From Octopus bimaculoides (lineage: Eukaryota): DNA of 40,754 bases. A program made the translations under genes and the position numbers. This document shows, one piece after another, positions 12,260-24,063 of the stretch. Below the pieces are notes generated by a model. It worked only from the letters and a program-made list of their open reading frames with translations, did not search any database and was not told the DNA's origin. Each line of letters begins with the position of its first letter. Position 1 is the first letter of the stretch. The stretch covers positions 66,865,691-66,906,444 of the forward strand of contig NC_068981.1 of the NCBI RefSeq assembly GCF_001194135.2, given 5' to 3'.

Positions 12260-12990
12260 AGGTAGTGTGTCTATGTTAAAGATTATTATATGTACTCTGG
12301 TAGCTCAAATAAAATAATGAACGGACAGCTAACATCCATAGAACTGAGGTGATCTACTAATGGTATACTACACAGCCGTCCTCCATCTTCTCTTACTATA
12401 ATAGCAACAACGAGCCATATCCCATTAGTTCACATAGCTAACCTAGCCATTCTCATTATCAACGATTGCAGACTAGACGAGGAGATTGCCAACCGACTCA
12501 AATAACTTCCCCACATTTTCATTCTTTGGAAGGATCAGCCTTCATAACAAGGTCCACGTTTACTGTATAATCTGTGTCTCCACTCTCCAGTATGGATGCA
12601 AAACGTGGAACACATACAACCAACACATTAAAACTTTGGAGTTCTTTGTCATCCAGTGTCGCCAGAAATCCATTTTAATTACGTAGTGAAACAAGATTTC
12701 GCAAATAGAAATTCTTCATTGAATCAACAGGAATTATACTATCTCTATTTAGGGCGGGTAAAATTCCCGAGATACGAATTATACTGAATCCACTTTGTAC
12801 AGACACCAAGACATGGGTTTGGCATGGAGTGTGCATAAAGGATCAGGTCTTTCCCACTGAGGAACTTTTACGGCTGGCTACGTCCTGTCAATATCTGTTT
12901 GAAATACCAAATAATTAATTAAGAATTAGCTGGAGACCAATCTCGAGAGGAGTAACAGCAACCCATCAAGTGTGTATGACACAGCTACCC
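12260..12990 (+). mobile_element. RTE-clade LINE 3' ORF2 fragment (degenerate)
   Basis: INDCRLDEEIANRLK...SLHNKVHVY..ICVSTLQYGCKTWNTYNQHIKTLEFFVIQCR matches the RTE/BovB-type C-terminal motif K..VY....STLLYGCETW..Y..H...LE.F...C. Confidence 0.85.
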
Positions 12991-13469
12991 GTCATTCACT
13001 CTGGCCATTTTAGTGTTGTAACCTCTTAACCATACAACTTTGAAATTTGGTGTGTTGGTGAATACGTATATGTGTCTATGTATTTACGTATCTATATTCA
13101 GGAGCATGTGTGTATTTATTACTATGGTATATATTTGTGTGTAAACGACGTTGTGTAGGAGGTTAATTTAACAGTCGTCAGATATGCTGAACTGCAAAAG
13201 TATAGCTTCAATTCAGCCATGCCTCATGAATGTTAATTTACCCTTTCACAGGACCAGTATGATGTCTCCTCCACTACCCCTAGATTCTGGTTGTAGGCAC
13301 AGCATAGATAGTAATGTAGACTCGGTCAGAACATGACAGTTACTTTCCTTTCTGATTGAGCGCGTGTGAGTATTTGTGTGGTTGTGTGTGTTATTGTGTG
13401 TGTGTGTATAGGTATGAGTTTGTGTGTCTGTGCGTTTATAATTGTGCTATGTATGTACATATATGTTAG

Positions 13470-13810
13470 GATAAAGGGTAAAGACCACCTTCGGTCATGA
13501 ATGACTGTGGAATTGCACCTAGAAAGTTCCCCTCCGAGACACAAGTCCGGGCAAGGTTGTTTATGGAAGACCGACAGTCGCCCATGCATACCAGCCTCTC
13601 TTCTCCACGCCACCGATATTATCCAAGGGAAAGGCAAAGGCCGATACAGCTTGGCACCAGTGACATCACAACTAATTTCTACAGCTGAGTAAACTGGAGC
13701 AACGTGAAATAAAGTGTGTTGCTCAAGAAGACATCACAACCCTGTCGAGAATCGAACTCACTACCTCATGATTGTGATCCCGACGCTCTAACCACTGAAC
13801 CATACATTTT
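13470..13810 (-). mobile_element. tRNA-derived SINE
   Basis: The minus-strand head has a Pol III A-box-like TGGTTCAGTGGTTAG and a B-box-like GAGTTCGATTC, followed by a SINE body. Confidence 0.75.
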
Positions 13811-14069
13811 CACCATGTATATGTTATATGTACAAATATTTACATATCTTAGTGTGTGTTACTCTGTTGAGGCATAGGTAACATGCTACTGCAGCTGCTG
13901 CTGTTGCTGTCTCATACTCCATTGTGCGTTTTTTTTTTCTTTTAAAAACGTTAGGATGTGATTTGACTGAGATTTGAGTGCATTTTTTTTTGCGTGTTAA
14001 GCAACCGTGTGGAGGCTCATTCATTAGGTCAATGCCTTGACCTCCTTGCCTTAAAGTTAACGGCTGATA

Positions 14070-14370
14070 TGCGTACTTGGCTTAGTGATTAGGATGTAAC
14101 ACTCAAAATCACAAGATCGTGGTTTCAATTGTCAAGCAGACGTGCGTCATATTCTTGAGCAAAACATTTAATTTCACGTTGTTGTAGTCCACTCAGCTGT
14201 AGACGGATAACCTTGAAACGGACTGACGTTCTGTTCAAGAGCAATACTTACCTACCCGCCTGGCTAGCAAGGTGGTATTATTAAAAAAATACGAAGATAC
14301 AACAATGCAAAGAAGAGCATTGTGACCAGCAGTGTCCAACAACATCTGATAGTCTGGTCGATACAGTTAT
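14070..14370 (+). mobile_element. Degenerate tRNA-derived SINE
   Basis: A-box-like TGGCTTAGTGATTAGG and B-box-like GGTTTCAATT. The body is related to the 13470-13810 copy. Confidence 0.6.
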
Positions 14371-14596
14371 ACAGTGTTTTGTAAATCTTTTATCTTTTAT
14401 CTTTCACTATTTTCAGTCGTTAGACTGCAGCCATGCTGGGGCAACGTCATGAGGAATTATAATTGAACGAATCGACCCTGGTACTTATTTCGCTTTTTAA
14501 AGCCTAATACTTATTCGGTCATTCTCTTTTGCCTAAGAGGGGACGTAAACACAACACCAGTCGTCAATCACAAACACCAAGATACACACACACACG

Positions 14597-14683
<87 letters not shown>

Positions 14684-15995
14684 ACTTATGTATGTATGTA
14701 TGTCTGTCTGTCTGTATGTATGTATGTATGTATTCTGTGGACTAACGAGAAGATAATAGAATTTCTGAACGACTATCGAGATGCCTACACGTATATAAAT
14801 GTACTTTCGCACAATGCAGTGAGAATAAATGTTGAGTAACCGTTAACTTAATTTAATTTACTTTAAGGTATGGATGTCTTAAATTTACTTTTAACCGCCC
14901 CATTCTTAAAAAAAACCCAAGTAGATAACTAACTCGCTTTGTGATCATGAGTGCACCAAACTTTACGTGTGTTCACATTTTTGTGGATGCTTGTATGAGC
15001 GTGTGTACCCATGCCATGCAGCTCGCCCGAGAGCGTTTATACATCCATATCTGTTAACGGTTATTTTTAATACATTTCTCGCTGGATTGCGTGTTCGTTT
15101 CTCTTTTTGCCATCTGTGATTTTATTTTTGATCTTCTATATAAATGAAGATATTTCCTCCGTCTGGCTGCTTTTCTCTCTACAAAACGGAAAGTTACATT
15201 GCGGAATTGTCATTTTAACGAGTTGTGTTTATTTATCACCCGATGAGATACATCTGCACCACCGGATGCTCCTTAACCAGTTGTTGAGTGTCCCATCCAA
15301 GAGGAATCGATGCTANNNNNNNNNNNNNNNNNNNNNNNNNNNNNNNNNNNNNNNNNNNNNNNNNNNNNNNNNNNNNNNNNNNNNNNNNNNNNNNNNNNNN
15401 NNNNNNNNNNNNNNNNNNNNNNNNNNNNNNNNNNNNNNNNNNNNNNNNNNNNNNNNNNNNNNNNNNNNNNNNNNNNNNNNNNNNNNNNNNNNNNNNNNNN
15501 NNNNNNNNNNNNNNNNNNNNNNNNNNNNNNNNNNNNNNNNNNNNNNNNNNNNNNNNNNNNNNNNNNNNNNNNNNNNNNNNNNNNNNNNNNNNNNNNNNNN
15601 NNNNNNNNNNNNNNNNNNNNNNNNNNNNNNNNNNNNNNNNNNNNNNNNNNNNNNNNNNNNNNNNNNNNNNNNNNNNNNNNNNNNNNNNNNNNNNNNNNNN
15701 NNNNNNNNNNNNNNNNNNNNNNNNNNNNNNNNNNNNNNNNNNNNNNNNNNNNNNNNNNNNNNNNNNNNNNNNNNNNNNNNNNNNNNNNNNNNNNNNNNNA
15801 GACAGCACTTGCCAAAGGTGCCACTCAGTGGGACTGAACTCGGAACTATGTGGTTGGGAAGCGAACTTCTTGTTACATACCAACGCTTGCTCACATACAC
15901 ACACACACACACACGCACACACACACACACACACACACACGCACATATACATATATATGTACATACATGCATAAAGAGAGAGAGAAAGAGAGAGT

Positions 15996-16032
<37 letters not shown>

Positions 16033-16529
16033 GGAGAGAGAGAAGAGAGAGAGAGAATGAACAAATTGTTGCTATTATGTAGCGGCATTGAATCACTAAT
16101 GAGTGCTTTGTTCGGTTGGAGTGTGGAGTTCAAGGTTTCGTTTTATGAGGATAGTGTCATGGTAATGATGTGACGTTTCTTTCGCTTTCGACAGTTTGAA
16201 TAACATAGATCACTCTAATGGTTAACTATAAATATGTATATGGTGCACTCTTTAAACCCTTCCCCTGTGGCTAGTAGGCAACAGTAGCGTTTGAACTCAG
16301 CACACAACGAGAGCCAGAATGAATGACATAATGAACCTCGCCCGGCAATCTAACGATTCCACCAGATACACACAATTTTATTTAGAGACCTCAAAAGAAT
16401 ATGAAATGCATGGCTGACTTTGGTGGAATTCGAACTCAGAAAGGAAAGAGCTGGAATAAATATTAACAGCATGTTAATTCGGCGCCTAAAAATGGATGGA
16501 CCTTGCTAACCTGATTTTCCCAGTACATA

Positions 16530-16745
16530 TTTTATTCTGTTACTGATGTAAGTCACTGGATTTTGGCCATGCTATAGCACCACCTTCTGGAGTATAATTG
16601 ATTGCATCGACTCCGGCACTTATTTTATCGCCCACCTCAGAAAGATGAAAGGCAAAGAGGACTTCGGTGAGGTTTGAACGTAGAAAATTAAAGGAAATAA
16701 AACTTAGGTATTTTTTTCGACACTCTACCGATTCTACAAACCCAT
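16530..16745 (-). mobile_element. SINE (same family as the 22163, 26150, 27560 and 37195 copies)
   Basis: GCACTTATTTTATCGCCCACCTCAGAAAGATGAAAGGCAAAGAGGACTTCGGTGAGGTTTGAAC is the reverse complement of the motif repeated in the other copies. Confidence 0.7.
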
Positions 16746-17272
16746 CCGTCACATGAAGACAAAATATTCACAATTTGTTTCTCAATCATACAAAACCCAA
16801 CTCATGATCCATGTGATGTCAGTTCAAAAAAATATTTAACTGACCATTTCATCTCTACTCTTTGCTTCTCTTTTTTTCTTACACACGATATCCAAAGGAA
16901 ACTTAATTTCGCGACAAAACTGTTAGTGTTCGTACAAGATTAATGACATCTTGGTATTAAGGAGTATTCATTAGAGTTATGGGACTTGCTATGATTGATG
17001 TTCTTAATCAATGAAGGAAATAAAGAAGAAAGAAAAATGAAATGCGACAAAACCTCATTCGCTCTAAATCGATAATGTATTCAGATTCTAACAAGAAAAT
17101 TGAGCTCAGTCACGTGACTTATAATAGAATCAAGTTATCAAACATTTTAAAATACGGAATATCCTCACACCTGAATATACTAATAAACAAAAACACATAC
17201 TTATACATGCATATANNNNNNNNNNNNNNNNNNNNNNNNNNNNNNNNNNNNNNNNNNNNNNNNNNNNNNNNN

Positions 17273-17303
<31 letters not shown>

Positions 17304-18414
17304 TATAATGCAATGATCTCTCTATGTATGTGTGTATGTACTTGTATGTTTGTAATTGTGTTTGCGCCCGCGTGTGTGAATATTATCGAGATACGAATGG
17401 TATGAATGTGTGTATAGAAATATTTGAACAGGAAAGTAAACCCAATGTGACTGAACAGCTGGAGCTTTTCCTCGACTCACCTTATTCGTTACTACAGTTG
17501 AGAATATAATCACATTCACTTAGGATCTGTGAGGGAGTTAAACATTAGGGACTGCAGCCTCTCTAACTAACCTAGATGTTTGCAACTCTGAATGATTTCG
17601 ACAAAACCTCATAAACAGACTAATTTAAATTGATTGAATCAAAGTGGTTGGGCTAAATCTCATTTAGACGGGGTATCGTATGATCAACGCAGAGAAATAA
17701 TTCATACGGCCTACACTTTCCCAGTACCTGCTGTCAGAACCAGACATTTGTGCGACACTGCTCTCATATTAAATATCACTTTGGTTAATGTAATACCGAA
17801 CACACCCATCATATCTACAAACTGATGACATGTCACGGATAGCTTTTATTATAAGCCTGTTCGATCAGAACGACGTGCGACTAAGTGACAATAAAATATT
17901 TAAAGAGCATTTATTGGTGCCTGTAAATTTGATTGGTGTGAGGGGTGAAAAATACCAAATCTAAAAAAAAAGTCTCGTGTCAGAAATGCCAGATTTTATC
18001 TCCCCCCGCTATGCAAAACGTTTTGACACATATAACACATATAAACTCTAATCGATTTTATTTTTATCGTCATCAATGTAAGCATTGACTAGTTTCTATG
18101 GATTCCGAGTTTTATTCTTAGACAGGACATATAGATAGGAAGGTGCTTACTGGAATTGTAACGTGGGGTACTGGGTGCAAAAGATTTACTAAGAGCGGTT
18201 TACAAACTTACTTAAGAAGACTCCATAATGCATAAACAAGTGATAGATAAAGCTAAAACGTAATATCAATTTAGAATTAGTTCGGTACTTTAAGGAACTA
18301 GTCGCTGAAAAGGTCAGGTAAATAAACTTCAAGAAGCCTTTACAGATGACAGCATCACCTATGTGCTTGCCTGGAATATTCTAGGCCACTTTTTCGATGT
18401 CAAAGATGAAATTG

Positions 18415-18864
18415 GAATTATTAAAGATATGTTGTCCAGGATTAAATAGATCGACAGCTGCTTTATGGGCCATGGAGTTAAAAAAGAGACACGGAAAAAA
18501 GACCAAAGTATATTGTCAAGGGTTACACATTGTCTCTTTCCACGACACTTAAGATCCAAGTATCATTCTCAAAATCTTCGATGTCCCCAATAAAGCAGTT
18601 TTCTGAGCATCTTCTATACTCATGTCATTCCAAATTTCTCAAACAAATTTCTCAGACCTGGTTGCTAATGTCCCCAGTGTCCCTCCATTGCCCTTATTCG
18701 GGAAATTTTATCTTTTCCAGTTCCTTTTTCAGTTCTTTTCCCCCCATTCGGCAATGGCAATATCTATAATCTTGGTTTTCTTCATCATTTTGTACACTAC
18801 AACAATGTCTGGTCTTCGAGTATCAATTACTGAATCACTCTGGATAGTAAAATCCCACACGATC
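18415..18864 (-). mobile_element. 5'-truncated R4/Dong-type (restriction-like endonuclease) LINE, copy A
   Basis: KIVWDFTIQSDSVIDTRRPDIVVV...KIIDIAI...AQKTALLGTSKILRMILGS* contains the PD..D REL endonuclease motif and the typical C-terminus. Confidence 0.85.
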
Positions 18865-18895
18865 TTCTTCTTCTTCTTCTTCTTCTTCTTCTTCT

Positions 18896-18930
<35 letters not shown>

Positions 18931-19011
18931 TTCTTCTCCTCCTCCTCCTCCTCCTCCTCTTCNNNNNNNNNNNNNNNNNNNNNNNNNNNNNNNNNNNNNN
19001 NNNNNNNNNNN

Positions 19012-19046
<35 letters not shown>

Positions 19047-19073
19047 TTCTTCTCCTCCTCCTCCTCCTCCTCC
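18863..19073. repeat. (TTC)n/(TCC)n microsatellite containing an N-gap
   Basis: Seen directly. It separates two REL-LINE fragments. Confidence 0.95.
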
Positions 19074-19870
19074 TTTTGGATTTCTCTAAGACATGGTTCT
19101 CTTGGGATATTATCCAGATGTTTCTGACATTCCTTCCTTATCATACCTAGGGCACCCACAATAACAGAAACAGTTCTCGCTTTAAGATTCCATACCTACC
19201 TTTTGTATTTCAATTTCCAGGTCCTTATATTTACTTAATTTGCCAAATTCCTTTACAGATATATTTTTATCAGAATATATTTTGTCAGCTCCACCGCTCC
19301 TCAATTTGTTTCTGCCCGTTCTTTTTACAGTCTGTTTGATCCGTTTTGCTATTTTCGTGGCAGTGGTTTCAGGTTCTTCATCTAATTCAAAGTTAATGCC
19401 AAGTTCCCTTGTGAATTTGCAAGCTTCCTTGACAATAGAATGTGATTTTTTGCTGCTTTCGTGTTCGTACACGAGCCGCAGCATCCAGTCTTCTGTACTA
19501 GATAAGTACTTGTTCATTGCTATCGTGGAAGTCTTATATCACGGTTCTACCTGCATCATTCCTCTTCTCCCATTACTTCTAGGTAGGTACAGAGATCAAC
19601 ATCTGCTGTTGGGTGGTGTGTGGTTTTAGATGTTAGTAGTTTTCTTGACTTCTTGTTCAAGCGTTGGAGCTCTGTAAGATTCCAGTTAATGATGTTAAAA
19701 CTGTATTGGACTATTGGAAGTGCCAAGGTGTTAATGGCTTCGATGCGATTTTTCGAGTTGAGTTGAGTTTTTATTATGAGTCGTATTTTTCTGTAATACA
19801 TCTTTCGCATGTATATAGAATGATAGATACCTTTAGTGATATCTACCATCCTATATAATTTGAACATTGA
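19074..19870 (-). mobile_element. R4/Dong-type LINE fragment, copy B (RT thumb plus end of REL; internally deleted, 3'-truncated)
   Basis: YYRKIRLIIKTQLNSKNRIEAINTLALPIVQYSFNIINW...HHPTADVD...KLSKYKDLEIEIQK...TVSVIVGALGMI...LREIQK. The CCHC knuckle and the ILWD..RPD segment are missing. Confidence 0.9.
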
Positions 19871-20136
19871 TTTTCTTCTTACATTTCACTTTCACTAGAT
19901 ATATTTATTTCCAAGCCTTTAAGCTTTTATTTTAATTCACATATCGCTCTATATTCCTCTTTTATTAGTTTTCTGCTTATTTCTTTCCTTTACCCCTACC
20001 CTTTCTATAGGCTACCTTTGACGTTATATCTTCTAACGGTTTAAAAAAAACAACTTAATAGCGTACCGTTCATCATTATATACGTCCATCACATTCTGTT
20101 TAAATGCCTTATTGATGAGTTTAGTTTCTTTCTTTC

Positions 20137-20224
20137 TTTCCCTGATGAGAAGATTACACTGTTTTACACCATTTTATTCCTTTTGGAATAATACCAATGT
20201 TGTCTTCGAAACATATGTCGGAAG
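20137..20224 (+). ncRNA. Type I hammerhead ribozyme (Penelope terminal-repeat type), apparently intact
   Basis: Stem I: TTTCC(20137-41)/GGAAG(20220-24). Core: CTGATGA (20142-48). Stem II: GAAGA(20149-53)/TCTTC(20203-07), enclosing a TATTCC-TTTT-GGAATA hairpin. GAAA at 20208-11. Minimal stem III with palindromic loop C-ATAT-G. Cleavage triplet GTC at 20217-19. Confidence 0.8.
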
Positions 20225-20283
20225 TAAAAGAAATTGAATAACACCTGCGTTTAACTCCACACACACACACACATATATATATA

Positions 20284-20324
<41 letters not shown>

Positions 20325-20344
20325 TGATATTCATGTCATTGTAT

Positions 20345-21390
20345 TTTTTATTTAAGTTTCTGAATTCAATTGTGTTGTTACAATAAAAGTTATGTTTACA
20401 TATTTGGGTAGTCAGGGATAAGTTTCATACACAATTTAATATATTAAAGTTTTTAAGTTTTCTTGAGATATAGGTTTGTCCATTCAGTTAGAGAATACAG
20501 TAGTGTATTTGCAATGAAAGGGATGTTTACATTTTCGAATACTCAGGGAGTAAGGAAACGATAGGTATTCACATAAGTTGTAGTTAGAGTATTTTTTTAA
20601 ACTGATCGTTTGTGTGTTCGAAAGCTGTAGGTATGTAAGTTTCCTAACTCATTTTGATGGAGATTTAAAATATTTACGGGAAATTGTAGATATTCCAGTC
20701 TTTGAGAATAGTAGGAGGAAGAGATGTTCATCTTGTTGAATTTTTGAATATCTGAAGTTCTTTTCTTTTGGGAATTTTCTTTTTTTTAAACGTTTTGCAG
20801 TGATTTACCGTTTTTATAGTTGTGCAGTATGTATATATTGGCAGGTGCTTCCTTCCTTAATTTGTTGTTGTTTTTCCGTGCATTTAATTGTGTTATTACA
20901 ACAAAAGGCATGTGGTCAGGGAAAAAGGAAAAGAAAAAAGGAAAGATAAAATGTTCACAATTGGAGATATTAATTAAAGTTTCCAAATTTTTTTTGAGAT
21001 GTTCGTTTGTATATCCGTTCAGAGAAGACTGTAGTGTTTTTGCAATCAAAAGGATGTTTACATTTTCGAATACTTAGGGAGAGAGGAAAGGGAAGAAAGG
21101 GATAGTAAAATTTTAACAGAGGATTTAAGGTTTTAAAATTTACAGGAGATGATCTTTTTTCTGTCCGAACAGAGAAAACTGTAGTGTTCTTGGAATAAAG
21201 ATGTTTGCTTTTCCGAATACTCAGAGTGAAGGAAAGGATAGGTATTCACAGAAGTTGTAGACATTAAAGGTTTCAAAGTTGATCATTTATGTGTTCGAAA
21301 ACTGCAGGTATGTAAGTTTCTTAACTTATTTTGAGGGAAATTCAAAACACTCACAATAAATTATAGATATTCCAGTTTTTGATAGTTATT
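20345..21390 (-). mobile_element. Tandem array of 2-3 diverged partial copies of one repeat, probably the 5' ORF region of a Penelope-like element
   Basis: The block GTAGTGT..TTGCAAT..AAGGATGTTTACATTTTCGAATACT.AGGGAG recurs at about 20491, 21021 and 21171, and TATTCACA.AAGTTGTAG...GTATGTAAGTTTC...GATATTCCAGT occurs twice. The family call is weak and rests on the adjacent hammerhead and the general look of the protein. Confidence 0.45.
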
Positions 21391-21480
21391 TTTTAGTTGT
21401 CCTGCTGGGTTGTATTAATGTTTCTGCGTCTTCAGCTGCTGACAGGTCAGAGCAGCGAAGAACACGTCCAGCCGCGTTAT

Positions 21481-21500
21481 ATCATTATTATTATTATTAA

Positions 21501-21544
<44 letters not shown>

Positions 21545-21545
21545 C

Positions 21546-21590
<45 letters not shown>

Positions 21591-21607
21591 TATTATTATT
21601 ATTATTG
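21481..21607. repeat. (ATT)n/(ATC)n microsatellite, the 3' tail or target of LINE copy C
   Basis: Seen directly. It abuts the 3' UTR of the minus-strand LINE. Confidence 0.9.
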
Positions 21608-22160
21608 TAACTCTTGCACTCTTGCGTGCATAGCGGGCTTGCTACCTACAGCCTACTGTACTGTGCTATCTATTCTTTTCTACTATCTAATACTTTCTTG
21701 ATGATTCTGGCCGTACCAAGGAGGCAAACCTTTTGCAACAGCTCTATTGGACACTCTATTTCCATTTCCTTTATATTCCTCTTGATGTCTTCTAATACTG
21801 TCACTAATGCCCCAACAATAATTGGCACTATTTTCACTTTTTTAATTTTCCACAATCAAGCCCTCTCGTATTTAAGAGGATTGCATGTGATAATTTTTTT
21901 CGCCTTCCTTCTTAACTGTGTTTGTGGGTCAAAGATGCACGTATCATCAATTATAGAGCACATGTGATTCACCTTGTCCACCACCACTAGGTCCGGCTTG
22001 TTGTACCCAAGTGCCTGCTGTGTTTGTGTTGAAGATCCCACAGAATTTTGCAACCCTCCGACTCAGCCATCCTCTGTGGTTTGTGCTCGTACCACGTCTT
22101 GCATCTCTCTAACCTACACTTTTCACACAGTTTCCAATGGAGCACCTTCTCTACCTCTTT
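21608..22160 (-). mobile_element. 5'-truncated R4/Dong-type LINE, copy C, with its 3' end intact
   Basis: VLHWKLCEK...WYEHKP...ESEGCKILWD...NKPDLVVVDK...CSIIDDTC.FD...WKIKKVKIVPIIVGAL...LQKVCLLGTARIIKKVLD*, then a short 3' UTR and an (AAT)n tail. Confidence 0.92.
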
Positions 22161-22162
22161 CT

Positions 22163-22385
22163 GTTGCTGGCGAGCAGGCAAAAAGTTTAGCGCGTCGGGC
22201 AAAATGTTTAGCGGTATTTATTCCAATTTTGCGTTCGGAGTTCAAATTTCGCTGAGGTCAACTTTGTCTTTCATCCTTTCGGAGTCGATATACTAAAATA
22301 TCGGCCAAGAACTTTGGTTAATGGAATTGATTTAACCACCACTCCTCAAAATTGTTGGCCTTGTGCCAAAATTAGAAAGATTATT
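22163..22385 (+). mobile_element. tRNA-derived SINE
   Basis: Head GCTGGCGAGCAGGCAAAAAGTTTAGCGCGTCGGGC, B-box-like GGAGTTCAAATT, body CTTTGTCTTTCATCCTTTCGGAGTCGAT, tail GGCCTTGTGCCAAAATTAGAAA. Confidence 0.75.
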
Positions 22386-23387
22386 TATTTATTTACTTAT
22401 TTATTTATTTCCACTTTGTAGAAGAACGTACCGTTCCAAAACATTAAATGAATTACTTATAATTTAGGTGGTATCTACCACAAAGTTTCCAAAGTTCACG
22501 TTATCTCGTGATTATAAATAATATACCAATAATTGTCTTTACACAGACAGAAACCAAACATTAAAAAAGAACAAAAACAAATGAACAAACTATTTTGTGA
22601 AACAATTGAAATAGTTTGATAGCTATTTATTGGAGAAACAGTTAAAACTGTCAAACAGAAGCATTATCTTGCTATACATATTCATGGTTATTATTTGCAA
22701 AACTTTTGAAACAAAAAACGTTTGATTGTTCTTTCAGATTATTATAACGTTAAAGTAGAAATTGAATAATGTTATTTATCATTGATATGTGTTAGCCGTG
22801 TTTTTAAATATTTCTGTTTCTGTGAAGCCATGTTTGTTTGTGTTCAGCATGAGAGAAACTGGAGACTAGAAGTTATATATCCTTTCGTTATTTATACATT
22901 TTCTATAAAGAAGATTGAGATATTTGACAATGTTATATCTTTCTCTGAAACGCCTACATATATATATATATATATANNNNNNNNNNNNNNNNNNNNNNNN
23001 NNNNNNNNNNNNNNNNNNNNNNNNNNNNNNNNNNNNNNNNNNNNNNNNNNNNNNNNNNNNNNNNNNNNNNNNNNNNNNNNNNNNNNNNNNNNNNNNNNNN
23101 NNNNNNNNNNNNNNNNNNNNNNNNNNNNNNNNNNNNNNNNNNNNNNNNNNNNNNNNNNNNNNNNNNNNNNNNNNNNNNNNNNNNNNNNNNNNNNNNNNNN
23201 NNNNNNNNNNNNNNNNNNNNNNNNNNNNNNNNNNNNNNNNNNNNNNNNNNNNNNNNNNNNNNNNNNNNNNNNNNNNNNNNNNACATATATATGTATATAT
23301 ATATATACATATATGTATATATATGTATATATATATGCGTGTGTGTATGCGTGTGTATGTGTGCGCGCGCGTGGTTATAACTATGTG

Positions 23388-23454
<67 letters not shown>

Positions 23455-23689
23455 TTTAAAAGAGCAACGAGAAAATACTTAGTTGGTATTTCAGATTATT
23501 TCATTACGATCGTTTCAATAACCGTTAATCAATAATTGGCAATTCATACATATTAAATCAGTCATCAATCACATCTTCAGATTCATACATTAATTTCTCT
23601 TTCTCGTCCTCTCTTTCCTCTTCTTTCTCTTTACATCACGTTCTCTACTTGTGTATGCACGCACATAGATATTCTTATATTCTTATATT

Positions 23690-24030
23690 TGTTTTATTCA
23701 CTGGACTGAGGTCGTGCCGGAGCATCGTTCCGAAACGAGTACTTAATCGATGCAATCGGCGCTAGTACTTGGTTTAAAGTCTGGTACTGATCCTATCGGT
23801 CTTCTTTTGCTGAACTGTTATCTTAAAGACATATAAAGAAACCAACATTGCTTAACACATATATATGCATACACAACACACAAACGATGGGCAAGCATAC
23901 AGTCTTCATCAACAGGTCATCCTAGATCTGTTGTAGAAGATATTTGCCCAAGGTGCTACGCATTGGGTCTGAACTCTAAATGCCTTGGTTGTAAAGCAAA
24001 CTTCTTAACCACAAAGGCTTGCATGCGCTT
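23690..24030 (-). mobile_element. Composite degenerate SINE fragments
   Basis: TCTTTTGCTGAACTG..., TGCCCAAGGTGCTACGCATTGGGTCTGAACTC and CTTCTTAACCAC are shared with other SINE copies (15800-15890, 40687-40754). Confidence 0.55.
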
Positions 24031-24063
24031 ATACACACTTATATATATATATGAAAGTGTGTG

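Noticed and set aside
14837-15063. 11-bp inverted repeat TAACCGTTAAC/GTTAACGGTTA as possible MITE termini
   Set aside because: The match is short, there is no evident TSD and no second copy in the window.
21405-21460. Minus-strand CTGAAGA-CGCA-GAAAC after a CTGCT/AGCAG hairpin (type III hammerhead-like)
   Set aside because: Helix II cannot form, and no valid NUH triplet sits directly 5' of stem I.
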